48,539 nucleotides of DNA, taken from positions 1,013,598 to 1,062,136 of the forward strand of contig WELB01000004.1 in NCBI GenBank assembly GCA_009602725.1. The letters run 5' to 3'. The position numbers and the translations under genes were made by a program. Positions within the stretch are counted from its first letter, which is position 1, and each line of letters starts with the position of its first letter. Shown here piece after piece: positions 23,307 to 34,900 of the stretch. Origin of the DNA: Spirogloea muscicola. Taxonomy: Eukaryota. A model generated the notes under the pieces. The model saw nothing but the letters and a program-made list of their open reading frames with translations, was not told the origin of the DNA and ran no database searches.

Positions 23307-26300
23307 TCAAGGGTTTGTGCTCATGCCAAGAAGCATGTCTCGTACTTGTTCAGGCTGTTCCAGGTGTGGAAAATGGCCACACAGACTAATCCAGTGCAAC
23401 TTCGCATTGCTGACTTCTTCCAATAATCTCTGCTTGCCATGAAAAGAGCCACACTGTAAGCACTGAGCAGTTCTTGAGATTCTATGTTTGAGGCAAGCAT
23501 TGTATGGTGCTCAGCAGCAAGAAGAAGAGGACGCAAATGCATCTCTGCTGCATCTGTGCAGTTGATCTCTCTCCTTAATACTCTGCATCTGAAACTTCCA
23601 GCACGTGCACATAGCAAGCTAAGTCATAAGCTTGTGACGCGCGCTCTTACCAGAGCAATACCCTTGGCAAGAATCTTATCATTTTCTCCCCACAGAACAA
23701 CGACCTCCTGCTTAATCTGCACAAACATATGGAATGAGGTCATTACTCCGTGCCCAAGCCCATGTGGCATGTCAGATGTCTCCTGAATCTCAGTAAGAAG
23801 CAGACCCCGTGCTGCTAGGGTCTAGTAGTCTTAAAGCAATGGTGGGACCTGGGGCACAAGTCCAGCCAAATTGTAGCCTCCGCTGTTCATGAAGGACACC
23901 ATGGCATCTGACCATCCTGGCCGATGGCAGTGCAGCCTCCCAACCTGCATAGAAAGGCTGACACTTATATTATCTGCTGAGCCCAGCTGATGACAAGCAG
24001 TGTGAGGCTATGGGTCATGATGCTGATTCTGGATACAAGCGGAGCTGCAGGCTATAATGTGAACAGGATGCCAAGGGGTCTGCATGCACGCTGACATTCA
24101 AGGCATGCTGCTTGCAAATTGGATCTTAAGCCTTACCCGCATTGCATCATCTGTTGCAAGCTTGCGGTCCCAATAAGCTAAGACGTTTGCATAGGACCGA
24201 AGCGGGATGCTTTTGAGTATATTGACCTGGCAGCGGGAGAAAGTATGATGCAATGACACTAGTATTAGTCTGATGAGCGACCAGCACTGATGGTTAACCG
24301 TGCGCCAAGCAGTGATTGCCCTCGCAAGTACGTTGTGGTATTAGAGCATGGGTATACAATAGAGTGATGTTGAAGCATGAAGGCTTGCTCACTCCAGCGT
24401 ATGCCAGCACCCTGGGGAGAGTGGCCATGTTGCCGACACCTTCCGTGAAAGCCTGAGCATCAATCAGGCAAACTTTTGCTACCTGCTCTCCAGAATGAAG
24501 AAGACAGGCACCAGTCAGCTGCGTGAGGGCCAGACTTAGGTGGACTTAGCACACTGAGCAGACAAACGATATGCTAATTGCAATAGTCAGGGTTGTACTG
24601 TAGGAGCATGTATTTGTTCCTCAGACACTGATGGGATCCTTCTCGTAGGTATGGCTGATTGAGGAGTGAGGCATCAACTTACAGCATCTGGGTGCGTCAG
24701 AGCGAAGTCAATTGCAGCAGCGCCACCAAGCGAGGGGCCGACGACCACTACAGGTTGTCCAATGTGCTGCCTCCAGAACTGCACGAAACAAACATCATCA
24801 ACCCATGACAAGCCAGTGGCTCATGGGCGGTGACTCCAGTAGGAGTGTCAATGCTGCCTTTGTTGGTCATAAGGGGACATCACTTGGTGTCTGCGCTGCA
24901 AGATCCATTGCCTGCAAAAGCAGCAGGTCGGAGCTTGTCAAGTACCTCATATAGGTGCTCTCTCTTGGCTGCGACTGAAAATGTCTGCGCAACATTGTCT
25001 GCATCACGAAAGCAAGAACGAAGCCAAAGTGAGGATCACAAGCAGCAATTGGAGAGTAAAGTCATGAAGGATTGACCAAGTCTGCCACTCAGTTACCAAT
25101 CCGCCAATGTGGCACTCTTGCACTGTTGGTTGCAGTTCAGGCTACTACACTCTTGCATGGACTTGTCCCGGGAGACGACTGTCAAGGAGAGGGGAGGTAG
25201 AACAGAGACCTCACTGGCATCACAGAAGCCCCAGCCGAGAAGGTCAACAGCCCAGGCTGCAGCGCCTGCCTGCTCGAGCAGGGGGAGAAGCCGCCGCCAC
25301 TCCAGGCACGAGCTGCACGGTTGGCCAGAGGCTATTATCGAGTCAGGGAGCAATACGGTTGTGGTAAAAGCCGATGACAGTGCTGACTGCAATTGCTGCA
25401 CTGTGCAGCATGATGAAGCACCTTGCCGGCTAAAATTTGCCGATCTTATCAGAAGCTTATGAATCAATAGTCCTTGCCAGCTCAATGAGCTCATCTGCTT
25501 AATCAAGGTCTTACACCATGCAGCCTAACTAAACATACAGCCGAAGTCTTTAAACCTCAGTCCCAGATGCCAGCACTTTCTACACACGGCTGCCTAGTGA
25601 CCCATATGCATATTAAATATCACGTTGAAAGTTGAAAGTCAAGGCACGTTGGCAATGGCCTTTCTCTTGATGACGTCAATCCCAGCAAAGGATTAAGGAT
25701 GCTTAGGAAGTGCAGTGCCGCTGATCGCTGAGACCTGTCGAAGCTGTGCAGAAGCAGGAAGGGAAGCGCCCCGGCGTCGCCGATACGGTCCTCGGGAACG
25801 ACGCAGCTGCTCAGAACTGGCTCCTCGGCGAGGGTCGTCTGGATCAAGGGCAAGAATTGGAGTGTGTATCAGGTGATGGAGGGCCTGAGTGGCCGAGTAC
25901 GAAGGCAAGCACAGTGACAGATGTACATCACCTGCTGCTAAGCTGACCCGTTCAGTAACCACGAGTCAGCACATAGAGGTCGCTGACTACAGTGGGCAAC
26001 TAGGCAGGGCACCAGTGCGCCAGGTTGAGCAGCACGCAGGCAGGAAGCCGACACATGCTGCATGCAGCCATGCAGCCTTGCGCCCTGTGATGCTCTTATC
26101 ACAGACGCAAGGCCGACGTGGGGCGGCGGTTGTGGCAATTGGCTACTCCTTGCGGCGGCCGCGCCTCGGGCCGAGGCGCTGCCGACGCCGCCCGCTCGCC
26201 CCGGGCAGCTTTAGGGTCCAGGATTTGGGAAGGGGTTTAGTGTTAGGGCAGCGGCCTCTCACCTGCACCGGGAGCAGTCGGATGCGCGCGGCCAGCGCGC

Positions 26301-26406
26301 GCGCTGCGGGCTCCCGCAGCGCCGCGACCTCGCGCGGCAGGAAGCTCGGGAAGGGCGCCGCCTCCGCTGCCGCCTCCGCCGCCGCCGNCGCCGCCGTCGC
26401 AGCCAT
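23307..26406 (-). CDS. Alpha/beta-fold hydrolase (plant At1g13820-like family, from memory)
   Basis: Exons: FPSFLPREV..ARIRLLPVQ; LLLHSFD/SSCLEWRRLLPLLEQAG..AVDLLGWGF; nucleophile elbow GPSLGG; LWGENDKIL; CGHFPHLEQP..MSTNP* (stop 23307-23309). Single N at 26388. Confidence 0.88.
25860..26000 (-). mobile_element. Short family-A' CRE 3' end inside intron 1 of the hydrolase (sense orientation)
   Basis: Reverse strand reads SDLYVLTRGY*, then the hairpin GCTGACTCG..CGGGTCAGC and a UTR ending GATACACACTC about 20 nt before the splice acceptor. Confidence 0.8.
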
Positions 26407-26599
26407 CGGAGTTCACGCCACAGGGCCGCTGGTGGTCAGATCGGTCTGTTGTCGGATGACCACGTGATGGCCATTCTCGGTACAGTTCTGAAGTCGGCGG
26501 CGAGTCTATCTGATTTGCGGGTACTACATACAGTAGAGGTTACCAACTGATCGTCCTACATGGTCCTTGCTTAGTCAAAAGCGTCTCATAGCTTTCTCG

Positions 26600-26667
26600 T
26601 CCCCTTCGGACCTCGTCAATTGTTTTCGGGCTGGCTATTCACTAGCCTTCGGAAGAGCCGCTTTCTG
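26600..26667 (+). repeat. Degenerate retroelement 3'-end fragment upstream of PIN1
   Basis: CCCCTTCGGACCTCGTCAATTGTTTTCGGGCTGGCTATTCACTAGCC..GAGCCGCTTTCT parallels 17697-17770. Confidence 0.55.
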
Positions 26668-26705
26668 ATCACACCCGACCAGACGAGGCCCTCCCCCCCC
26701 CCCCC

Positions 26706-26714
26706 AAACCCTAA
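26706..26714 (+). promoter_or_regulatory. Telo-box (AAACCCTAA) ~45 nt upstream of the PIN1 ATG
   Basis: Exact motif. Telo-boxes are established plant promoter/5'-UTR elements; function here is untested. Confidence 0.4.
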
Positions 26715-26758
26715 TCTTCAACCCTAGTCCCCCTTGCGACGGGGACGAGGCAACCGCC

Positions 26759-27289
26759 ATGGCCGAGGTGCGCGCGTCGCACATCCTGGAAGCACCAGGG
26801 CTCCCGGCGCCCCGCGTCGTGGCGCGACCCCGACGGGCGCCGCATCACCCGCACCACGCGCGACGACGCCGCTGCGCGCCTCCGCCGCCTGCGCGACGAG
26901 GTCGCCGCCGCCCCCGACGGCGCCACCTTCGCCCGCGTCGCCGCCGACGAGTCTGACTGCAGCTCCGCCAAGAACGGCGGCGACCTTGGTGCGCGCACGA
27001 CGCCTGAGACGACCCCGCGGCAGCTGCTGCGGCCGCCTTGCATTATAATCTTAAAGCCTAAACCCAACCACCTAACTCGAAAGCTTAAACCCGACTCCCA
27101 GCCGCCCTGCCTGAGGCCCTGACCTTCGTGCGCGCTGACGGCGCCGCGCGGCTCTCTACGGCAGGCTGGTTCGGGCCTGGCCAGATGCAGCGGCCGTTCG
27201 AGGAGGCCACCTACGCCCTCAAGGTCGGCGAGATCAGCGGCATCGTCGACACAGACAGCGGCGTGCACATCATCCAGCGGACCGGGTGA
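26759..27289 (+). CDS. PIN1: Plant-type Pin1 parvulin peptidyl-prolyl isomerase (no WW domain); apparent frameshift at ~26789
   Basis: [10 protein letters not shown], then (shifted frame) [29 protein letters not shown]; intron 26989-27164; [40 protein letters not shown]. Confidence 0.88.
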
Positions 27290-27928
27290 CATTATATCTG
27301 AGGGTGTTGAGGAGGCCATTTCTTGTGCTGCCGCATGCAGCCCATGGAGCCCAGTTGCCCTTCATTGCCATCTGTCTTACACTGTTGGGGTGCGCCTGTG
27401 AGCACCATTCTGCCCATCATCGAAACGCCCAGAGCCTGGCATCTCCCCATGTGCAGTGAGCTATTTTTCAGCGCCACTGATCAGGTGGGCACAATGGGCA
27501 ACAACCATCTCATGCCCGTCCTGTGCGAGGAGTTGACTTATCCTATTATTTGACTAGCTTCTGAAGCTTTCATTGTGAGGCTAGAGAGCTTAGCTTTAAC
27601 GAGCTGAAGCTTGCGCCGCTTGTGAAGCCAATGGGGACAAGTAACATGCCATGAAGTGAAGCCACTAGACTTCGTCCTACTTTTTCAACCCTCAGCAGGG
27701 CCACAACTCAGTGACGTGCCCTTTGCGACCACAACTGATGAAATCCAAGCTTCCAGACTTACCTCCATCAACACACAGCACTCCTGTTTGCTGTGAACCT
27801 GATCAATGCTGGTGCTCAAAAGTGAGCGACAACCTCTGTGATGCCATGATCACGCAAAGGATGACCAACACAGTAAGAATGAGCACACGCTACTTTACAC
27901 GTCGAATGGTGACAAATAGTCTTCAAGT

Positions 27929-29134
27929 CTATATGATGCCAATCTTATTGGCAATGTCAAGTGCGTCGTAGTCAGCTGTGAGCCGCACATAGGCCTTCTT
28001 GTTGCCGTCAGGCCTGCGCAATTGAAATACTAGCTGCTTCAATGCCGCTGATAATATGAAGCTGAAGCTTGCTGATACTTCAGAACGATGTGAAATTCCT
28101 GTGTCAATGCATCGACTCATGCAAGTGAAGACAGTAGCGCATCTTTCACCCCACATTGTTAAGTGCAGACCAGTCCAACTGTGACGGGTATACACATTCC
28201 AGTCCCCCCAATGCAGAGAATGTGATCAGGACTGAGATAGCCATGAAAGTCAGCAATGGCACATACCGAATGAGAGTGTTGATCTTCTTCGTCTGAATGT
28301 CATACATCCGCTTGACGGCGTCCTTGATCTTCGCTTTGTTTGCGCGAGCGTCCACAATGAAGACGAGCGTGTTGTTATCTTCAATCTTCTTCATGGCCGA
28401 CTCAGTCGTGAGAGGGTACTTGAGTACCTGCCACCGTTATGTGAGAAGCGACCCTTACATTAAAATCCTTAATTGCACCGGGCCCCCACCATTCCTAGGG
28501 GACCGAAGCCACGAGGATGACGCGAGTAGTGGGTCATCGACAATGCCAACGGAGACACCTACTAACCAGCCTCCCATAGACGAGGGCTAAAGAACCTCGT
28601 AAAGCTTGCCACTGTTTAAGTGGTGGCACGACGGGAGGGCTTAACGAGGGCGCCAAGCAGACCTGGAAGTGGTCGAGCTTGTTGGCGCGGGGCGCGCTGA
28701 TGCGTGGGTACTTGGGCACGCGAGCGCGCTTGAGCGTCTTGGGCCGGTGGAACGTGACGGACGTGCGCTGCTTCAGAGCCTTGGTGCGCACGCCGACCTT
28801 CTTCAGCGCCTTGGCGGCCTTGGTGGCGCCCGCTTTGGCGCCCGCCGAGTCCGGCTTCTCGCCTGCACGGCACCCGACAGGACGGGCGTCTCCAGTGAGC
28901 CCAGCCAGCCAGGTGAACGTACCTGCGCCTCTTGGCCCCATCGCCTCCGCAAGGTGGAGCTCGACCAGCTCTGGCACTGCGCCCAAACTCCGCTCCTCTT
29001 CGTCCGCGGAGCCATCGGGCAGCCATTGCCGGCAGTCGGACTGACGGCCGCAGTGGGCCCTCAACGGCGGCGGCGAAAGGCACTGGCGCGGGACGCGAGC
29101 GTGGGGAAAGGGGCTGGTGCTCACCCTTCGCCAT
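27929..29134 (-). CDS. RPL23A: 60S ribosomal protein L23a (uL23)
   Basis: Exons ~29125-29134, 28663-28862, 28266-28427, 27929-28013: [84 protein letters not shown]. Confidence 0.96.
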
Positions 29135-29514
29135 GGCAAGGAGCGCGCCGCTCCCGCCTGCGCCGTATGTGGCGGCTGGCTTGGCGGCGGCGGCGGCGGC
29201 GGCGGCTGCAGCGGTGATGGGGGCCCGGGAGTGGAGGGAGCGCGCGGTGGCAGGGTTTTAGGACTGATCTACCGCTAAACCCCTGGGTGGGGAAAAGAAT
29301 TATTCGCCCCGGTGACCCTTCCAACCCTGCCGATGGCATCCATCGCGCATCTGCAATCGCATCGGACGGCTACAGAGGCCTGATGAGAAAAGAAGAATGA
29401 ATAAAAGAAACAAAAAAGGCAACGGACCGAACGGCGGCCTCCGTTCTTCCGTCCCGACCTTCGGCCTTCTCGGGTCGCTGACCTAGGAGGTAGCATTTCC
29501 TGGCCCCTCCGTCA

Positions 29515-29650
29515 TGTGGCCCCGTCGACTCTTTGTCCACTCGTTTCGGGCTGGCTTTCCCTTGCCCCCATTTGGAGAGCCACTTCTTCTCTAGGAAGAA
29601 AGCGCGGCCAGATTGACTGGTGGCTGGGAAAGGCCAGCTCAAAGGAATGG
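29515..29650. repeat. Tail-to-tail pair of retroelement 3'-end fragments
   Basis: 29515-29592 (+) resembles 17700-17775. 29596-29650 (-) is nearly identical to 14636-14690 (GAAAGCGCGGCCAGATTGACTGGTGGCTGGGAAAGGCCAGC). Confidence 0.7.
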
Positions 29651-29669
29651 TCTAGGAAGCCTTGGGCTT

Positions 29670-30015
29670 CCAAACATTGCCAATCTAGGCTACACTCGAC
29701 GTGCAGATGTGTTTCCAGCTGAGATGGGCTTGCTAGCTGCATATCTGTCGCTCTTGCGACGACGAGTTTCGGCCTGTTTGCAGCGTGCTCAGGCTAGTGC
29801 CTTCCACCAGACAGCTGGGCGAGCTCTAGTTGGTGGCAGGAGGGCTTCGTTTCTGGCATCTCGTATTCATGCATCGATCAGTGACTTAGCGACCTTCATG
29901 TTTTGACCCGTGGTTACTGAGCGGGTCAATCTGCTGTACTTTACGTAGATCTTTAGATGTGCTTGCCTTTGTAATTGGCCATTTGGCCTACATTTGTTTC
30001 AAATACACGAATTTC
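29670..30015 (+). mobile_element. Family-A CRE 3' copy with target-site duplication
   Basis: Nearly identical to 16752-17083 (NIANLGYTRRADVFPAEMG..). Flanked by CCTTGGGCTT at 29660-29669 and 30016-30025. Confidence 0.88.
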
Positions 30016-30034
30016 CCTTGGGCTTGGGAGATGA

Positions 30035-30465
30035 TGTTTGGAGACTTGTTCCACCTTACCTGGGGCTGCAATCAGGGGGATATCGAGCACCCAGTGGACG
30101 GGTCGATGGGTGCTTTAGCAATTTCCTGGCCCCTTTCAAGTCCAGTTTTTATCTGGGCTGGCCAATCACAGCCATCGCCCTCATTCTTCGTTTTGATGTG
30201 GAGGACAACTGGCTTTTCTTGGCCAGCTCAAAGAATAGAGAGAAGGCGCGCGGGGCGCATGAATTGAAAGGGAGGCCAATTCAAGCCAATACATTGTTCA
30301 GGCAGAGTCGAGTGAGAGATGAACAAAGTTGAAGGGCCAGAATAATGGCTAGAGCACACATCGACTGAAGTGGGCCACTGGGTGCTCAATATCCCCTGTT
30401 TCCCTGTCGAGCAGCCGCTGGTCAGAGAAACTAGTGTCCGGGTGGCGGGTCCCCCTGCCTGAAGC
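30035..30465. mobile_element. Two inverted degenerate 3' ends of a further CRE family (D)
   Basis: Minus strand ~30465-30237: VASGRGTRHPDTSFSDQRLLD..AGGGGATATTGA (RGY*), then a UTR ending GCGCCCCGCGCGCCTTCTCTCT. Plus strand ~30035-30190: DLFHLTWG then GGGGATATCGAGCACCCAGTGG, sharing the same UTR 5' half. Confidence 0.65.
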
Positions 30466-30473
30466 CACAGAAG

Positions 30474-30886
30474 GAAAAGTTCGTGTATTTGAAATAAACG
30501 AAGGCCACATGGCCAAGTACAAAGGCAAGCACATCTCAAGACCTACATAACCTAGAAGATTGACCCGCTCAGTAACCACGGGTCAAAACATGAAGGTCGC
30601 TGATCGATGCCTGAATACTAGATGTCAGATTCGAAGCCCTTCTGCCACCAACTAGAGCTCGCCCAGCTTTCTGGTGCAAAGCATTAGCCTGAGCACGCTG
30701 CAAATGAGCCGAAACTCGTCACAGAAGAGATCGTGTATTAGAAAGAAATGTAGGCCAAATGGCCAGGTACAAAGGCAAGCACATCTAAAGATCTACATAA
30801 CCTACAGCAGATTGACCCGCTCAATAACCACGGGTCAAAACATAAAGGTCACTACTCGATGCATGAATACTAGATGCCAGGAACGA
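30474..30886 (-). mobile_element. Two tandem family-A CRE 3' copies (30474-30719 and 30731-30886)
   Basis: Both are reverse-complement matches to 16845-17083, with intact TTGACCCG..CGGGTCAA hairpins. Separated and flanked by CACAGA(A)G repeats at 30466, 30720 and 30891. Confidence 0.88.
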
Positions 30887-31056
30887 ACGTCACAGAGAGA
30901 CGCAGAGGCTGCAGCCGAATTTGCGGCCGTTTGGAGCTCAGGAGTTTGGATAGCCCATGTCGCCATAGACGCCGCGGCCCGCCGCCCGCCGCCCGCTGCG
31001 GCGGCGGGCGGCGGCAGCGGCGGCCAAGACGTGGGCTTCGTCCTCAGATTTCATGC

Positions 31057-31359
31057 ATGGCGGAGCCCGGCTCCAGCAGCGGCAGCGCCGCCGGCGGCGG
31101 CGGCGGCGTGTCAGACGAGGAGGTGGCCGCGGCGCTCGGCGAGTGCAGCCTGACGGGGTCTTGGGTCTTCTCCGTGGCAGGCGCGGCGCTGGCCGTGCCG
31201 CTGGGCATCCGGGCGCGCTCCCTCTCGCCGCTCGTCTTCCTGGGCACCTCCGGCGCCATGCTGGACATCCTGCAGGGCTTCGCCGCCTGCGAGCGCGACC
31301 GCGCCGCCGTGCGCCAGCGCCTCGAGCAGCGCGCCGTCACCACCGACGAGCCTCGGTGA
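31057..31359 (+). CDS. Small conserved plant uncharacterised membrane protein (intronless, ~100 aa)
   Basis: GSWVFSVAGAALAVPLGIRARSLSPLVFLGTSGAMLDILQGFAACERDRA matches a recognisable plant family (..PLGIKRKSLAPLVFFGTTGTMLDI..CERE.., from memory); two hydrophobic stretches. Confidence 0.75.
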   Translation: MAEPGSSSGSAAGGGGGVSDEEVAAALGECSLTGSWVFSVAGAALAVPLGIRARSLSPLVFLGTSGAMLDILQGFAACERDRAAVRQRLEQRAVTTDEPR

Positions 31360-31912
31360 GGCGACGTTGTGGTCAAGGAGCGCGCCCTGAACCTGTCATC
31401 GTAAAGCAAGCCAGCTCGAACAGGCCTTGGTCGTCTGTGAGAGGGGCTACGGCCTCCGCATGCCTCATGACTTCCCCCTAACAGAGGCGGCCCACCTCGT
31501 GATTAATTGCCCGAATGGAGCATGTGGTGCCCTTCTCCCAAGACGATCTTGACAGCTGCATCCTTCACTTGGTGAGCTTGAGAAATGCAGCCGCAGGAGG
31601 TGACAACAACTCGACTGATGATGCCTCCACGTGCACTACGTTAGTGCTGAATATCTGAAGAGTTGGGAGGCCTATATTTTTGGACAATCTTGCATTGTGT
31701 CACTCTGTTTGATATGGCTAAGATGTGTAAGTGGAAGTGTACGGATTAGCCAGGTTGCCCACACGGCATGCACAGCTCTGGTATAGCTTTCAAGTTTCAA
31801 TTAATAGGAAGAGCCTAAGAGACCTTGTTTTAAGGAGCAAGTAGCAGTAATATTCTTCACAAAGAATCTGTAAGGGCTTTCTACTCGGCGAGTGGCCTGC
31901 ACCTAGTCCTCT

Positions 31913-34900
31913 TCAAACTTCTTCCCGAGGTGTTGGCAGCTCCGAGCCGGTGTCAAAAGCATCATTGTCGAAGATGTCCTCCAACTGCAGGTACATTGAG
32001 ATTCAGAGACGATCAGCGAATCTCATCTGCCATGTATGCTGCATTTTCTTCATCGAGCAGACACAGCTCTGATACCTGGCACATGCATGCATCACACTCT
32101 GGTACAAGTACAATCTATAGAACAGCACCCTGGATGAAAAGTTATATACCTCTGCAGCCGGTTTTGTTGGAAAGAGGGTGATTAGTTCAGGATTCCATGG
32201 TATGCCACTGCAGAAGCCATACAGTAGGACCCAGATACATATTAGAGGGCAGATACAGCCAACCAAAGTCACATTACAAACGAATGTCTGACTTTCAACC
32301 CTAGGTTTGCACTTGAGGTTTGCTTTTGGCTGTGTACTTCGAAGCTGATCGCAGAAATGTCAAGGATATCAAGATGAACACAACAACACGTGGGGAAGGC
32401 AAACCTGTGAGCAACCACAAGTGACCAGACATATGGCACAAAGAACTCCTCCGGATGTAGCTCCTCCTCATATGTAAACCTAAGCTCAGTAAACATCTGG
32501 AAAAGGCTCCTCAAGTACAAGTACATCGTGTGAAACAGTAATCACCAAGGACACTTCGCAAAATTAATTAATTCTGTTGATTTATTCAAATTACCTTGGC
32601 TATCCACCAGTCATTGACCACAGGCAACTTGTCAAGTGCAAAGGGCAAACTGCTACTGTAAGGATGTCACGGGCCAATGCATGTAGAAGTGCTAAGTCAC
32701 GTTGAAGGACAGTGGAGGTCGAGGAGGAAACGAGGAACAAGGAGGACCATATACTAGACTATCTCCAAATACTAACCTTCATTCCTTCTCCACGCCAGGA
32801 TCTTGTATTTGCTACAACCACCTCAAGCACCCTCTCTACTGACCACTCGCCTGCTAACCGTGTATCATCCATCCTCACATTGAAAAAGTCCAACACCTGC
32901 GTGACATTGAAAATGAGCCCATCTGCACAGTTGCCTAGCAAGGAGCTTTCAGCAAGATGATCTGCATCACTGGAGTATGTCGAGAGATCTTACCGTGTAG
33001 ATATTCTCTAGAAGCTCATAGAAGCGAGGGTGGTTGCGGAAGGGCTGAAAGAGTTCCTGGCGGTGTAGCAGGGCGTATACAACCTGCACATGTCAAGGCT
33101 GCGACATCATTCTTGAACAGTTGCCTCAACAACCTCAATCTGCCCTGCCTATCTTGACCAAGGACCACATACCCACTACCTACAAATACATTGACACGAC
33201 CTTTGCATGCTGTACATGTGTCTGTACGTTTGCAGCACAAGCCAGTGTCAAGAAGAGTTGCCAAGCATGCAAACTCGTACCAGTCATAATCTACACTGTC
33301 CTGATTGAACATGCAGGTGGGAGGGGGCAAGTCATGCTTTACCTCAGGGTTCCGAGGGAGAGCGTATGTGAGGATTGCATTGATGATCTCGAGCACGATC
33401 CTCAGGAAGTCAGTATAAATGTGCAACTCCGTGGGCTGTGCAGCAGCAGCAAACGGGTCACTTCTGCAGTCAGAAGCCGTCCCCAACACATCCTGCAATG
33501 GCGATCATCAGCTTCTCCCTACATGGACATTATCTGACAGGCCCTTTGACTGTGCTCCCCTCGCTGACCAGCAACAATTGCCAATGGTTACAACAAATAC
33601 CAGCTGGTCAAACTTGCTCTGCAATCTACTGCTGGCGAGCCAGTATATGCCAATAATTTGACAGCCAGCATTGCTGGCACCCATTCATTGGCCCTCGCTT
33701 CCACCCTGTTTTCTTATTTGCTACTCTCACCCCAGACACAGTACGCCTGCGCAACAGACCGACTTGCTGCCAGGGGGTGGGGGGATGGGTGGGGGCGCTG
33801 GCAACTCTAGCATGTTTGTGTAGAAGCGGCAGACATCGGTCAATCGGAAACCAGCAACTGCATGCTAAAGCCTCTATGCCTTTGGCTGCCACACACGTTC
33901 TGCAGCACAGTTGCAGATGGCGGCCACAAGCCCCACCAGAGGTCCGATAGACTGGAAGTAAATTGACATCAGATTCCACTTTCCAGCTGGAGGACAGCAA
34001 GGGCTGGAGGACGCCAAGGGCAGCACGACTGCAATGGCCTAAGGAAGTTTGGGCCACAGACAAGCTAAGGACAACTGCTCACTGCTAGTGATGTTGGCCT
34101 TTTGGCCCCCACTCTATGCTGTTGGCTAGCACAAAAGAAGTTGAGAGCTTTGTGAAAATACCACGTCATCAGAAGTCTCATGCTCTGAGTCTCCTATCTG
34201 GGCGGTTGGCAGCTTCCCTGATATGCTTGATTCGGATAGCCTTGTATACCTGCTTTAGGTATGCCTGACTGGATGTTACTGGCCAGCACATGTCACAGGC
34301 AAAAAATGCCTAGTTGTGGCCTTGAGCTTGAAAGCTTGCCACCATACCAGGGACAAAGGCACTTGTCTAGATGCAATACAGCATCTTTAAGATATAAATA
34401 AATTGCACTGGAGGGTCAGCCAATCTTACTTGCGTGCTAGCATGTCGAAGAGGGAAACGAGCCTTTGTGAAGCGTAAGCATTGAGTTGATGTACATGGGG
34501 TGCCATATTTGCTAAAGTTGCAAGGCAATTTGTATGTAGGTAGACATCCTAATGACAGGCACATAAGGCAATTGCGGTAAGTCACGTGCCAGTCAAAGTG
34601 CAACACAGGACACACATAAACAGGTAGAAGACGGCACTCAGAGGGGCAACATGCTCATTAATTGTCCTGCAAGACAATGATGTAGATTGCAGCTGCCAGC
34701 ATGCAGCACATCTTACCCTAAGTTTGGATAGGTTGTATTTGACAGTTCTTATCAGAATGACAACCATGAGAGAGCCCAATGAGATCCGCGGGAGAAGCCT
34801 CTCTTTGTACCAAGGAACAGCTGGGAGGATCTGAGGCATTCAGGAGTGAGGATAAGACTATATGCACAGGAAATGCATAAAGCTCTGACCCAAACAGTCA

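Noticed and set aside
26711..27319. 202-aa antisense ORF over PIN1 (and similar antisense ORFs over RPL23A and TatB)
   Set aside because: Shadow ORFs caused by high GC3 codon bias; no independent family motifs.
28014..28662. Intronic snoRNAs in RPL23A
   Set aside because: No convincing C/D box pair or H/ACA structure visible by eye; a covariance search would be needed.
30349..30410. DIEHPVAHFSR resembling the Ty3/gypsy RNase H motif EHPVAYxSR
   Set aside because: The same bases read AGG GGA TAT TGA (RGY-stop) in another frame, preceded by TSFSDQRLL and followed by a CRE-type UTR. A CRE 3' end explains it better.
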